Part shown: positions 37,237 to 50,800 of the stretch, piece by piece | Layout of the letters: every line of letters starts with the position of its first letter | Position numbering within the stretch: the stretch's first letter is position 1 | From: Polymyxa betae A26-41 | Lineage: Eukaryota; Protista; Endomyxa: Phytomyxea | Direction: 5' to 3' | Assembly: GCA_003693705.1 (NCBI GenBank) | Contig: RBZT01000125.1 | Coordinates: 62,001 to 126,000 of the forward strand | DNA: 64,000 bases | Notes under the pieces: model-generated | Database searches by the model: none | The model's input: the letters and a program-made list of their open reading frames with translations, nothing else | What the model was told of the DNA's origin: nothing | Program-made: the position numbers and the translations under genes

Positions 37237-38053
37237 ATAGGAAAGAAATACAGCCTCGGCCTGGTTTGCACAGATTTCGATCGTGCTTTTGAGACAACGT
37301 TGAACTTTCTATCCATGTTGAATCTCGTCTTGTTGTGGATGTAAGTGTCAGCAATCGGGGCAGTTGAGTACCAGCGACAGTTAAGTTGCTGTGAACTGAT
37401 TCTCTCACTGGGATGATGTTAACTTGTGAATCAACTTTCTGGTTTCATTAAATGCACCGATAATCTGTCATGAACATCAAACAGCTGATGAGATGAGAAT
37501 ATTTGAATTCTCTCCAATCGCTGTCGCTCTGATTGGGTAACAGTGAACCAGAATCACTTCGGAATAATTTATTGCCAGCTGTTGACGATCAGGAATCTTG
37601 ATCATGACCCATGCCTGGGATGTGTTCTATCCAGAGCACCAGTAGAAACAGGGTCGAATCTTTCCAGTAGAAAGACAGCGGTATCGCTTGACGCCTGTAA
37701 CAGCGCAGTCCTCAATGCAGTTCAGCAACATGCTTCTCGTCATCTAACATCACCCAATCGGTGATTAAGTACCAGGGCAATCATGGTCGCCATCAATTTG
37801 TAATTTAGACAGTTATTAAACTAAGAAAGCAGGATACGGCCTTCAGCTTTAATCAATTCATATTGTGAGCTATAATAATGATTTCTTCAAGGTTGATCTG
37901 GTCCTATTCAGTCTGCTTCCATCATGAAGTAGACTATCACAACAATCAGGTGGCGCAGAAGCCCCGCCGACGTCATTGACAACAGCCGTCATTATATCGC
38001 CTGTCTTGCATGGGAACACACGACAGCAATCGGCAGCAAAATTGGTGTATCTG

Positions 38054-38123
38054 GCTCCACGTGGAGCATTCAAGAGTTCTTCAGGTGGCGCGGCCTCTGT
38101 CATGCAACGGGTGACACGTGTCA
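38054..38123. promoter_or_regulatory. Two extended G-box (CACGTG) palindromes upstream of the GH15 gene
   Basis: GCTCCACGTGGAGC (38054-38067) and TGACACGTGTCA (38112-38123), 120-190 bp upstream of the ATG at 38243. Confidence 0.45.
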
Positions 38124-38242
38124 AGTGCGAAGTCCAAGCGGCAAGCAAGCTACTTGATCACGACTGGGGTTCAGGGTTTGTATAGTAAGTCAATCTCACT
38201 CTTTAGCACGATCTCGTCATACTAACATTGAAAGCGGCGACC

Positions 38243-40578
38243 ATGTCTGTCAATGGGTTAACGCATCTGACTCCGGATCAAGGCAAGAAAGCGCCACCGG
38301 TGCTAACTCTGGTCGAGGGCGAGGAATTCAATCTGGAGCGCTTATCGTCGTGCAAGCCTGGTGCTCATTCCCCACCTTGTTGTACCGAGGATGAAATTCA
38401 AACGAATCAAGAAGAGCCCGATAACAATCTCAATCTGGGACTGATCGGCAATTGCACAATTGCAGCGTTTATCAATCGACGAGGCGCTATCGTGTTTGGC
38501 TGTCTTCCACAATTCGACAGCGATCCGATGTTCTCCCATCTTCTCAGTAACAAGGATTTCATCAATGGGGATGGGTTTTGGGACATCTACCTGCGTAACT
38601 GTGCTTTATGTGTCTAATTTCTATTCTGACGATGTTTTCAGACGGTTACTCTCATAGTCATCAAAACTATCTTCGTAACACTGCGATCTTGGTTACAACT
38701 TTATATGACGACAAAGGGTCATGTCTTCAAATTACCGTATGAAACAATGTATTGCTCGCATCGCTTGAAACTAAGCACGGATTCGAATAGGACTTTGCTC
38801 CTCGTTTTAAGCTGTATAGTCGAAGTTTTCACCCAACTTCCATTGTCCGACAGATTAGACCCTTACACGGTCGCCCTAGAATTACTATCCGTTGCCGCCC
38901 AACTTCAAATTACGGTGCCGAAAAGTGCAGCTATGTTCGAGGTGTCAACCATAGTATGTGTTTTCGTGCTAGAATTAAACTCCTTTTTCTCACCTTGTTA
39001 GTTACATACATTGGCAGTGACTTCAAAGCAAGGGTCACAACTGATGCTCATACAGCTTTCATTACCGAAGAAGTCCCGTTCGTTTGCATAAGTCCAATCA
39101 CGATGATCCTCGCCGAAGATGAAAGCCTAACGCGTGCCCCGAAGGCTATTGGCACTGAGTTCTTTGAGCAAACGAAAGCATACTGGAATGACTTTGCTCA
39201 TACGCTCAAAGTGCCTTTTGAGTGGCAGGTCTGTTGATCGATCGTTACACGCAAGCAGTTTCATTCTAATAAGAATTTAGGTTGATGTTATACGATCTGC
39301 GATTACGTTGAAATTATGCTCCTATGATCAATCTGGAGCTATTCTGGCTGCTTTGACAACGTCAATTCCTGAAGCACCGAATACTGCAAGAACCTGGGAT
39401 TACAGGTTCTGTTGGTTGAGAGATAGCTACCACACTGTTCGGGCCTTGAACAGTCTAGGGGCTACTCGTTCGATGGAGAATTATCTCCGGTTCATTGTTA
39501 ATATTGTTGCTGGGGCGGGATCGGGTGATCTTCAGCCTCTTTATGGACTGTTAATGCAAACAGAGTTAACCGAATCAATCATACCTTCAGAATCCCTAGC
39601 CGGATACAGAGGTATGGGACCAATCAGGAGGGGCAACCTAGCTTACATTCAACGTCAGAATGACAGCTACGGTAGTGTCATCCTGGCTGTTACTCAAACA
39701 TTCTTTGATGAGGTTAGTAGAATTCAATACTATCTTTATTATACGATAAACCGTCTGTTTATCAGAGGATCGAAAATCAAGGTGATATCGCTTTATTCGA
39801 GGCCTTGGAAAGATTCGGTGAATTGGCTGTGCAATCTTATAACCAGCCTGATGCCGGGTTGTGGGAGCTGCGTGGTGCCCTTCGTGTGCACACGTTTTCT
39901 TCTGTAATGTGCTGGGCTGCATGCGATCGCTTAGCAATGATTGCGGATAAATTGTGCCTGCATGGAGCTGCTGCTTCTTGGGCTGAAAAGGCCAAAATGA
40001 TCCAAGAGTATGAGCTTTTTCAGCAAATTTACGGTTTCTTATTATGCTTATAGCTATATTCTGGAACGCGCGTGGGATGAAGAAACACAGTCGTTCATCT
40101 CAGTCCTGAGCGGAGAGAATAAAGATGTCGATGCTTGTTTATTGCTACTTGACGAATTGGGATTTGTTAAATCAGACGATCCTCGATTTGTGAAAACGCT
40201 TGCTCGTATCGAAAAGGTTGATTTTTTTATTTCAGACTTATACCATCAAGTAATTTCGTAATTCAGGAATTGTTGCATGACGGCTTTATGTACCGCTATA
40301 TAAGCAAAGACGATTTTGGTTTTCCTGAAAATGCCTTCACTATTTGTTCGTTCTGGTACGTTGGAGCTTTAGCTCGACAGGAAGGCAGAAAACATGAAGC
40401 TCGCCAAATTTTCGAACGTTTACTGTGCTGCCGCAACCATGTTGGTCTCCTGTCTGAAGATATTGACACAAAAACTGGAGAACTCTGGGGAAACTTCCCA
40501 CAAACCTATTCGATGGTCGGCTTGATCAACTGCGCCGTCTTTTTAAGCAAAACCTGGGAAGAAGTAGGCATCTACTAA
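38243..40578 (+). CDS. Glycoside hydrolase family 15 (trehalase/glucoamylase-like), 8 exons
   Basis: LGLIGNC..AA, CLPQFDSDP, AALTTSIPE, WDYRFCWLRD, DAGLWELRG, FTICSFWY, GLLSEDID..GELWGNFPQTYS. Confidence 0.95.
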
Positions 40579-40779
40579 ACCCATTGTCTTCATTTCTACT
40601 TGCCAAAAATGTCATAATTAAACCAATGTGTTCTCATTAAAATGGTTTTGGTCTCCCTATGAACAAGACGCATGACGTCAGCGTTGCCTGTGATGATTCA
40701 ACACATGTCAAGTTCGATCTCTGAGAATCTTTAGTCATATTTGTATAAGCCTGTATTACCTTGTGAATTACATAATTTA

Positions 40780-41538
40780 ATGAGGATGAAGGGAAACAGA
40801 TGCAATCCGAACGCCTGTGTACTCATACTAGCGGCTATGCTACCAATCATTACCACAGCAACAAACCCAATTCAATTCACGATTGGCCCCATGGAATATT
40901 CTTATTACGAATCCGAGCCAGAATCAGGCGAACGGTTATCGTGGATCGAAGCGCAACGATTTTGCCAGCGGCAAGCGCCCGAAATGCTTGAGACAAACTT
41001 AGCGTTGTTCGAATCTCGAGAACATATGAGATTGGTGATCGGTGAGCTGGGCGCTGTCGATCCAAGCTCTCGCCCTTGGGCAGCCTATCGAATTGACAAC
41101 AATTTCCAGCGCCTGGTCATGGGGCTCGACAACATCCCGAGCGCCAACAAAACGTTTTTGCCCGCACTGGCTTCGCCAACATTACCGTTCCAGCAACCTG
41201 GGACTTGTGGAGTGCTCAACATGCAAGCAGGAGAGGACGGATTGTATTCATCTATGGGCATCATTCAGCAGAATTGCTTCACCCGTGGTCCTTGGCTTTG
41301 TCAACGTCGTTACGAGCCTTGCGCAGGCAACACGATCTTGAATCGCCTCACTCACCGCTGCCGTCTAAACACGAATACATATCACACATGTCTGGGCCCC
41401 AACCTGTTCCTATCAGGTGCCTGCCCTTCCGACCATGTCTGCGCCGATTGTGGGAAATTCGTTCGGGCATCAAACAACTCGTTCTCATCGGCCGCCAGCG
41501 TCTGTCACCTGCCTGATCTGGCGCCGAAATGTGCTTAA
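40780..41538 (+). CDS. Secreted C-type lectin-like domain protein with Cys-rich C-terminus, intronless
   Basis: Hydrophobic leader CVLILAAMLPIITTA; LSWIEAQRFCQ...NLALFESREH...W...CGVL...NC....WLCQR follows the CTLD pattern; 8 further Cys. Confidence 0.75.
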   Translation: MRMKGNRCNPNACVLILAAMLPIITTATNPIQFTIGPMEYSYYESEPESGERLSWIEAQRFCQRQAPEMLETNLALFESREHMRLVIGELGAVDPSSRPWAAYRIDNNFQRLVMGLDNIPSANKTFLPALASPTLPFQQPGTCGVLNMQAGEDGLYSSMGIIQQNCFTRGPWLCQRRYEPCAGNTILNRLTHRCRLNTNTYHTCLGPNLFLSGACPSDHVCADCGKFVRASNNSFSSAASVCHLPDLAPKCA

Positions 41539-41663
41539 TCAAGCAACAATGCATCAAAACCATTAAATGATATTTCTATTAAGCTTTACTAGTTGTCTGT
41601 TCTCCTCTTGTGCATAAATTGCGTAATGAAATTTGTTCATTTCGAAGTTTTTCAGCTTTGAAA

Positions 41664-44095
41664 ATGTCGCTCTTCGGCAATGACCAAGATGAAGTTAATG
41701 ACGATTATGCTCTTGAATATGCCTCGCTGAACTCTGTAGACTGCCTGATCCTGCTGGTCGATGCGTCGCCTTCAATGCGCGAGGTGCTCCGCGAGCTGGT
41801 TCATGTGCTTGTGGAGATCTTGGCTAAAAAAATCAAATTCCCACGAGATCGCATCGGTGCTGATGTTATTGGATTCATTTCATGATTTGCTCATAAGAGT
41901 CCTAGGCGTTGTCTTTTACAACACCGGAGCCTCGTCGAACCAACTCCAGTTCAATCACATATACGTTTGGCGCGGTCTCGAAGGAACAAGTGCTGAATCG
42001 ATCGTTGACCTGCAAGACATAGTGTCGAAAGAGGTTTTCTAATCTTACCTAGTGAACGTTCACTAGATATCTGAATGTTGGATGCAGGAAAAATTCGAGG
42101 AATTCTGCAAGTTATTGGACGGGCAAAATCCAGCTGATGAACCGGCAGACTTCAGCCAAGTCTTCCATCTGTGCTGTTTACAGCCTATGATCCTGAATTT
42201 CTCATAGGTTATATGGACTATCATTATGCTTTTCGGAGCCGTGAAGCTGAAATCTGTTGACCGCCGCGTTTTCATCCTAACAAATAATGACGACCCCAGT
42301 CATGGCGACCGTATTCTTCGATCAAAAGCACAGAAGAAGCTGGCTGATCTCTGCGAAATGGATACCTTAATTAGTGTCCTGCCAATCAGATCTCCCGAGA
42401 ACGTCGTGGCTCAGTTCAACCTCGATAAATTTTTTACTCAGTTTATTGACGAAGAATCAGAAAACTTGGATAGGTTTGAAGGTTTGCTCGATTTGCAGCT
42501 GTTTCATTATCTTTATGCAGGATGTCTGTTGACACGAAGAGAGTTCAAGATCTAGCCTTACGAATCGCTCTCAGTACAAGTCCTAGGCGAGTATTAGCTT
42601 CAACAGAGTTCGCTTTGGACAGAAAAGGGGAACAAACTATTGCCATTGATGTATTGAATAGTGTTCCCGTTTTGTTGTCTTCTCAAACATTGTTGTAGGT
42701 GTTTTCTCTGCGAATGGAGGCTAAAATCCCAAACCCAGTTTATATTGATCCAGAGTCTAACGAGCCGCTGACTACACAAAGCAACTGGATTGCACAAGGT
42801 CTTATGGTCAGTCGAACTTGGACTGGTTTTTGATGCTTTCTCGAAATAGATACCGGGGAACTGTTAGATGATTCTCAGGTCACATCTTACCATCCGTATG
42901 GGGGAAAGGTTTGCTTGATTCTCGAGACAGTTTCAGCAGATTTAATGACAGAGCAATTAATTAGAACATCACTCTAACGAAAGACGAAGTCAAGAGCATG
43001 AAATCGATGTATCCCTCGGGGCTTCAACTCCTTGGGTTTAAGCCTCTCGCTCAACTTGCTGATTATCACAACATCAAGTCAGCATTATTTCTTCGACCAA
43101 ACGAGAATCGCATTGCCGGATCTTCATTGGTACTTTGATTTTCCAATAACGGACGTCAAGAGAACAGCATCCTGAACGTTCGTTTAGTTGATGCAAGCGC
43201 TAATTGAGCGGTCAAGCGCAAAAGACATGTTTGTTGTTGCCCGCATGAACTTGCGAGATGCTCAAGTGCCACGAATTGTAGCATTGCTGCCTCAGTACAT
43301 TTATCTCTAGCAGTGATCAAGAGGCTAATCTTGATTGCAGGCAGCAACAAGTTAATGAATTTGGAGATGTCGTGGTTCCAGCTGGCTTCAATTGCATTAC
43401 CTTACCTTATGCGGACGATATTCGGCAGGTAATCTCGATGATGCTTGAAGGAGTTGATGCTGGTACCAAATCGTTTTCGTTAGATTCCGGATGTGTTCGC
43501 CTGCGAGATGCCCGAAATGGAACTTATCGACAAGGCCATTGAAATCTGCAAAGGATTCCAGATTGAGCAATACACACCTAAAATGTACGATAATCCACAT
43601 CTTGCTAGGTTCAACGCCACGCTTAAAGCCTTAACGTTGAATCAGCCGGAGGTATTTTCTTTCTATCTATTAACGTGCCCTTTATTAATCTCGATGAACA
43701 GCAAGAACGGGTTGAAGACACATTAACTGTTGGCGAACCTAAAGCTTCTAAGCCTTTATTTGAAGATTTCGCTAAATCCGTATTTCCTAACGGTGCTCCA
43801 GACGTTTCTGATGGCGCTATTGGAAAGCGACCATCAAAAACATCGAGGTCAGTGTCTGAATCGCATAGCAAACGAACGCGAGCACCAGCGAATTCTGAAA
43901 ATCTAAGCATCGATCAACTTTATGCGAAAAATATGGTATGTGTCAGATCAACAATACCATCCGCTGACCACACTGCAGCTGGACACGTTGACGGTTGCAC
44001 AGCTGAAAACGTACTTAAAGGAATATGGCCTTCCACAGAACGGCAACAAAGCCGCTTTAGTCGACCGCGTCTCGAACCACATCAGCTTGAAGTGA
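41664..44095 (+). CDS. XRCC6: Ku70 (NHEJ DNA-end-binding subunit)
   Basis: vWA CLILLVDASPSM, GVVFYNT, RRVFILTNNDDP, LQLLGFKP, LPYADDIR, YDNPHL, C-terminal SAP domain LTVAQLKTYLKEYGL..NGNKAALVDRV. Confidence 0.95.
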
Positions 44096-44322
44096 TTTAC
44101 CATATATTAAACGTCTCACGTAATCCAGTCGATTAGTGCCCATTCGCTTTGGGTGATGATCGCGGTTTCTCGTCTGAAATGGCGTCATTAGGGCTGATTT
44201 AGTGATTTGACTGCAGCGACATGGCGATGGGCTGCTTCAGTCGCATCTCGAAGGAAAATGACTGTGAAGTGGGGCTGTTTTGGAGTGTACGAATGTAGTG
44301 TGCGCTGCAGTCGCCTTGATGG

Positions 44323-47300
44323 ATGTCGTCCAGTGTCAGGCCTCGCCCTATCCGACATCGGGTAGGAGATCCGGGCCATATTGTAGTGTCGTCAGGTCGG
44401 ACAGCATCGCCCAATGGCGCCCGGCGGTTGGAGTCGGCGTCGTCGCGCGCACCGCCGCGCCAACATGTCTTCGTCCAGCGCCATCATTCTCAGCAGTCGA
44501 CGCTTGATTTGAATATTCGAATGCGGATGCATATCCAACACCTCATAAAAGATCCCGAAATTGTGGATCGATGCTTGTCTGATGACAGGTTAAGATCTTT
44601 GTTCTTGACCAATTTAGCTGAATTTAACTCGGAACTTGGCCGATTAATGGATGTGTAGGTCTACAGCGATTTAAAAATACTGTTTCAAATGTGCCTAATG
44701 TCAAACAGGCTTGCAGATGGGCCCAATCATGACACCAAGTTTCATCAAACGGACTTATTTACGGCGACCAAACCATTTCCTTTAAATGAACCTAAGACCC
44801 CTAATCATTCAAACCTGGACAAATCATACGATGATTGGGATGGTTCACCACCTGAACCATCAGCCGCACCACGACCTTCGTCGCCTTACCATCGATCTGC
44901 CAGTGATTTAGCAGCTTCCGTCCAGCTTCAAGACGCATTTCTTATTGCTGAATCCGAAGATCCGCCATATGAGAATCACATCAAGACTTGCCCTAAGCCA
45001 CTATACTTTTCTACAAATCCAGCTATCCATGTTCCGGTTGACAACAGCAGAGAAATTCTTAAAAGGAAATCTACAAACTCTGATGACAGCGACTTCCGTG
45101 CAAATCATTGTGAATCAGCGTTCGCCGTTCCAAGCCCGATAAGTCATCCACCGCCCCGAGATATACTCGATTCTTTTCTGCAGCAGCAAGAGTTGGCCAA
45201 TTCTCGTCAATATGACGCCGTCCAGGCATCGCTCCGACAATTTCGTGAAGAGATTAGCACTGTTCGGGAGTCAGATTCCGCTCGTGACGACCACTTTCGT
45301 CGCTCTTTGTCCCAAATTGAGCGCCACATGGCTGAACTTCAACAACGAACTGATGACTACTTCAACCGTGTTAACGAGCAGATTGGTGATGCCTGCATTC
45401 AATTCAACGAAATTCGCGAGCTTTCGAATTTACGAAATAGATCGTCTTCAAAGCGGATTGCTCATTCTGAGCTGAACGTATGCTCTCTTTTTATCCATAT
45501 CTGGAATCTGATAGAGTTTGATAGGTCATGAAGCCGGTCAGTGGAGAATCAAAATATTGCAAAGGGTTTGATTACACTGCAATGTCCAAACAGATTGATC
45601 AACTTCGAGACGAGCTGATCGAGCTCAAATATAATGAGCCGGTTGCGATTTCAAGAGTCACTCTAGATATGATTCAACACGAAAGGAAATTATTTGCTAA
45701 TAGCATCGAATTTGCAAAAACGCCAGAAGATAGCCAAAGGAAAACGAAGCCGCGATCAAGAAAAAATACCAGATTAGCTAAGGAGAACGCCGATCCGAAT
45801 ACGTCCCAGTTTTTTACCAATCTAATGATGAATATTGGTGCGACTTCTGCAAAGCAGGTGGCTAACTCTGACTTAGCGAATCGACCATACGTTAGGCAAA
45901 CTCGGTCTCGGCCACAATACCTTGACGAATATATTAAAGAAATCCATTCTAAACAACTCCCGAGGCCTGAACTAAACGCGATTGATGAACCTGTTCGAGT
46001 CCAATACCGCTCGTCAAGTCCTGCACAAAAACAGATAGCAAGCTCAAATTCTGCAAAGTCGAACGCAGAGATTCAGTCCGAACGACTGGAATGTGATCAA
46101 GCGACGATAACAGAATCAGTACTGTGTCGGACTGACTCTGCGACATCTCCTCCTCCTCCTTTCATCCTGAATGAGCAAGCTGATGACAATGCTGTAAACC
46201 AACTGGCTCCTGTTCCTTTTTCGGTTTGTCAAATGCCTAATTTTCTATGATCGAATTAAACTTGTCAATAGATCTTAGATTTGGAGCCTTTTGAGGAGAT
46301 CAACGATGTTTCTGTTGCTTGTGATTTCTTATCAAGAACAAAAACAAATACCCATACCACTCCAAATAACCCTTATCTGGTCAATATCAATGACGAGACT
46401 CTACTTACCTTAATCTTGCAGATGTTCTCTGCATCTATCTTGTCTGAAACCAGAACCTGTAAAGATCAAACAAAATACTCGAAGTCTCCCGAATCATCCG
46501 ATACAATACCGACGCCGTTGGTTAAGGTCTCGGTAGATGTCATTACTTCACTTAGTATTGGCTCTGAGGTCACGTTTCCTCGCCTTTCAGTTGAAGTCTT
46601 GAACACTGCTTCAAAATATATCATTTATGCTGAACCATGTACCCCTTCGCTTTCAGATGAGATGTCATCATGTGTCGAATCTGAATGTGATTACGATGCG
46701 CAAGCAACGGAGCCAGACAGAATCGGTGACGATACATGCTGGGACTCAAAATACGATTCAAAAGAACAGCTACTTACTGTTATACCTGTATCACCTAGGC
46801 TGAGACAAAACAACGCTAGGCGTTCGCTATCCCCACGAGGTCTCGAGCTTCGGTTATCATCACCAAGCAGGTCTGTTGCCGAAGCCGAAGTTGTCAAAGT
46901 TGAAGAATTTGCATCCCATAATGGAATGCACCTTGAGGAATATGAAGAAATTCAAGATGATGACGTTTTAGCCGAATCTCAGCTGGTACAGCCGTTTGTT
47001 CAAAAAGGTGCATGTTTTGTGAGCGATTAGTCCATGGTCTGAAATTTTTCCAGATATTGTCGAAGTCATGATAATCGTGTCTCCCGAAATCGATGAGGTT
47101 TCTGTTGCCATCAAGATCGTAGATCTACCTTCAATTTGCTTTGGACCGCGACTGTTTAGGTAATTAATTTGGTTTGTTTGAATGGTTATGTTATTTATTG
47201 TTGGTGATAAAGGAATAGAGTTTCTGCTGTCGAGCTAGAACAAGAAATTGTTCCCCAAGAGAACCTTTCGTCAAGCGAACTCGAATGCGACATTCAGTCA

Positions 47301-47711
47301 GAAGAATCTGGCCTGGTATGCCCGCAAATGGCAATCAGCAAATCTAATGTCCAAAACAAGTCGTTGGTCTCTTATATACAGGGCTTTATCAGTGACAGAT
47401 CTGTTTCGAGTGAAGAGTCCGATAATTCCAGCACCACAGGTTAATATTCTCTTGTTTCATTCGTTCTTTTTTTTTTAATTTGGAAAAAGAAACAGATACT
47501 GATAGCGTAATGCTCGGGTTCGGTTCCGTATTTTCATCAGGCGAAATCATGCCATCAAACAAAGATGGATATAGCGACGGCGAAGTTGCGTCCTCTGCGC
47601 TTTTCGGTAATCGGATGTTACTAGGTCTGCATTTTCTAATTCCGAAGCCATTCCTAAACCCCATTTCCAGGTTATTTGTCAGATTCTACTGATACTGGAT
47701 CCCTTGAATAA
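44323..47711 (+). CDS. Uncharacterized large coiled-coil/disordered protein, multi-exon
   Basis: Consecutive long + strand ORFs (44323, 44689, 45528, 46281, ...) joinable by ~50-nt introns; central coiled coil. Confidence 0.7.
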
Positions 47712-47867
47712 TTCTCTTCATATCCAAGTTTGGATTGAATTGCAAGCGCTAAATTAAAACTTAAATCTCCATCTATACTATTGGTCCAGGATTTCTCTAA
47801 TTGATTTGCAATAAAACAAGGACTCGAGCTACATATTATGTAGATTAACTTAATATTGTATATTATG

Positions 47868-50800
47868 TCAGCGATCCAATGCCGTTAAAGAAGGGTGAGA
47901 CTCAGTGGGTTCATCTTCGGTTCTATCGGCATCCGTTCCGGTCCTTCTTTTTTTGACACTACCACTGCTTCGAACAGAAGATGTATCATTATCGCTACTA
48001 AGGCAATAGCAGATTGATATGCAGCAAGGAGGATTTCGCTTGCCGTTTTACCTAATATTCTCCATATCACTTAAATCGTGCGCTTCTTCACCCTCAAAAC
48101 CAGATGATCCATTTAAGGGTCTACATATATTTCAGTTGGCGGTATATACGCACAATAAAATGTCAAACTTCGTTGGCACATGACGTTCGCGGAATGATTC
48201 CCCATTCAAATAAGGATTAGGTTGTTGATAATGATAATCGGAAGGCATCGGATCGTCATTGAGATCGTCAGCAGGAGAATCTGGATCAGAGGAGGACAGT
48301 GAGATGGCATTATCCAAATCATCTCCAGGATTCGCTGCAAAAGGGACCTGTTCGAAATTGAGGAACGAGGCCAATAATCTGTTTTCAAGACTAACCTGTA
48401 AATGCCGCCGCAGCAATTCTATCGCAGTTAGACAAGAAGAAGGAGATGGATCTGCGGAATGGCTTGGGCTGGACAAAGAGGAATTTAGTTGATACGAATG
48501 CTGGTCATAATAGCCTGTGAAAGAATTAGAGTTTGATGTTCACACAAACAAGGCCATTTACGCTGCATCCATGGAATCATCCATTCGCAATGTTGCCGCA
48601 CCGAAGCCATATGATGTGCCAGAGGTTCGCATACAACCATACTCCGAAGCAAAAGTCGAATAGATACGAAGGTGAAAGCAGGATGCCCAGATGAGAACGA
48701 TTTTAATTGGAAAAGAATTCCATTTTCTGGAGACATGAGGTCGCGAATGCGAATTATCTGATTCAAAGTCAGAAGATGTAAAGTTTATCGGAGAATGCAA
48801 CCTGTAAGGAATCCGGAATTTGAACTACTCCATGCAACAAGTCAAAATACGGCTTGACTTGTTCGGCGGTCGCCTTAACGATGCCATCAATTATCATCTT
48901 GTTAATGGGAGCAACATGTTGTGGATTCTCCCAACTCCTACAAACAACTGTCAATGATAGCGGGACGAATGAAACAGTAAAACCTATGGGTTAATATATC
49001 GACGATGCCTTGAATATCTCCGCCCATCAATAAAGCTCTTTCATAGAACAATTCGGAATTCAGGATCTGCAGATCTTCATGCCCTAGCATTGAAAGAGGA
49101 CCAGGAAGACTGCTCACTGGACGAGACATGTTGACTCCGTAACAGCCTAAAGCCAGTTAGACAGGCACGAATATACCACGAACATTACTTCGAACTAAAA
49201 TCCCCATGATGCTATACACAGCCCGTAAATCTGGCTGTACTATTCGGTTGCCCATGATGGTGGAATGTTTCGGGAAATGGTGCAACATTGTATCACGCCC
49301 CAAAATCAGATGACCTGGCAACGTTTAGATAGAAATTTAACTTGAGACCCTGAGTGAACTTACCAAGACGAGCAATAGTGGCTTGTGAAATCAAAAACTG
49401 CCTTGCGTAGATACCCGAATTAGCCCATCGTAAAATGACAGAAAACCTGAAGCAGATTGATCAGTGATGGAAAGGCTCAGAAAATGCACGAACAGTTGGT
49501 GGAATCGTAACCAGTGCCGTGAGCACGTATCGACAAGTTTCAAAAGCGAAACCACGACTTCTTGGCTCAAAGTCTGAGGGGTTGCCAGCTACATTCAATC
49601 TTAATATTCATGTCGGAAAACGATCAAGCACAGACATGGTTGAAATAGCCGTCGTCTTCGCCGCATGGTTCATCATAAACAGATTCGGAATAAGGCGGCG
49701 GAGTCTGATCGGAGCTGACCGGAGGGGTATCATGAATGGAAACCTTCTCTAAACATGAAGCCAATAACTCTGAAAATGCTTCTCGGATATTCTAAGACAG
49801 AAGTGAGAAAAGGATCACCCAGCAGAGTGTACTGTGAGCCAACCTTATCACGACAAGATAGAAGAAGGTCGTTGATCAACACTAAACGGGTCCCGAACTC
49901 TTTAAGGATCCATGTGGACATATTGATATCAGCAATTGCATGCGATATGAGCACTGAGAGCGCAATACAACAATCGCTGGATCCCAAAATACTACGGGGT
50001 ACCACCTCCAAGTTGAACCTTGCTAGTAGCTAGAAGGGAATTAGTAATAAAGCAGTATTTTAGCACACAAATGGAACGCACCTTGAGAGACAAAATTTGA
50101 TCCTGATTTCGAGTAGGCAGCAATAGAATCTCCTTAATAAACTGCATTGAGAGCGGGTCGAATAGCTGCCGATCGCGGAAGAAAAGCTTGTTATTTTCGG
50201 AAATGTCGCGAACAAGAGCAGTTGGAATTTTTGGCTACAAAGAGTTTAGTTGAATGTTTGTTCAGCATTGCATACTGATGAAGTACCTCCGATTTAGTTT
50301 CAAGTGATTTATCGGCATCATCAGGTAAACGATCATAAACAAGCATGTAGGCATTTTTCATATTGTCATCACCGCCAAACGCCTAATAATCGATCAGACC
50401 GAATCAATTGGGGCTACATTCCAAGCAAACCTCTTCTCCTAATTTATCAACAGAAAACCTTCGAACGATCTGGTCATTGAACTCGAGCCAAACATTTCCA
50501 GGCGACGATCGGTCTTTGATATAACTGAAATAATGCCCAGCATCGGCCGTACCAATATGGATAATGACACCGACCAGTTCATATTCCAAAGGCCTGCACA
50601 AGTACACAAAGTTAAAAGGAGGCCATTATAACTGCGGACAACCGACTTCGAATGCATATCTGAAGACGAGCTGGCAGGGGACAGCGCCTGCTTTGTATAC
50701 GGCTCCATATTGATTCGTAGAGGGAACTCAAATCGACTGTTCAACTTCTCATTCATAAAGGTCTCGAAATTTAACTCGAATCTGCAGAGGAAATGATGAG

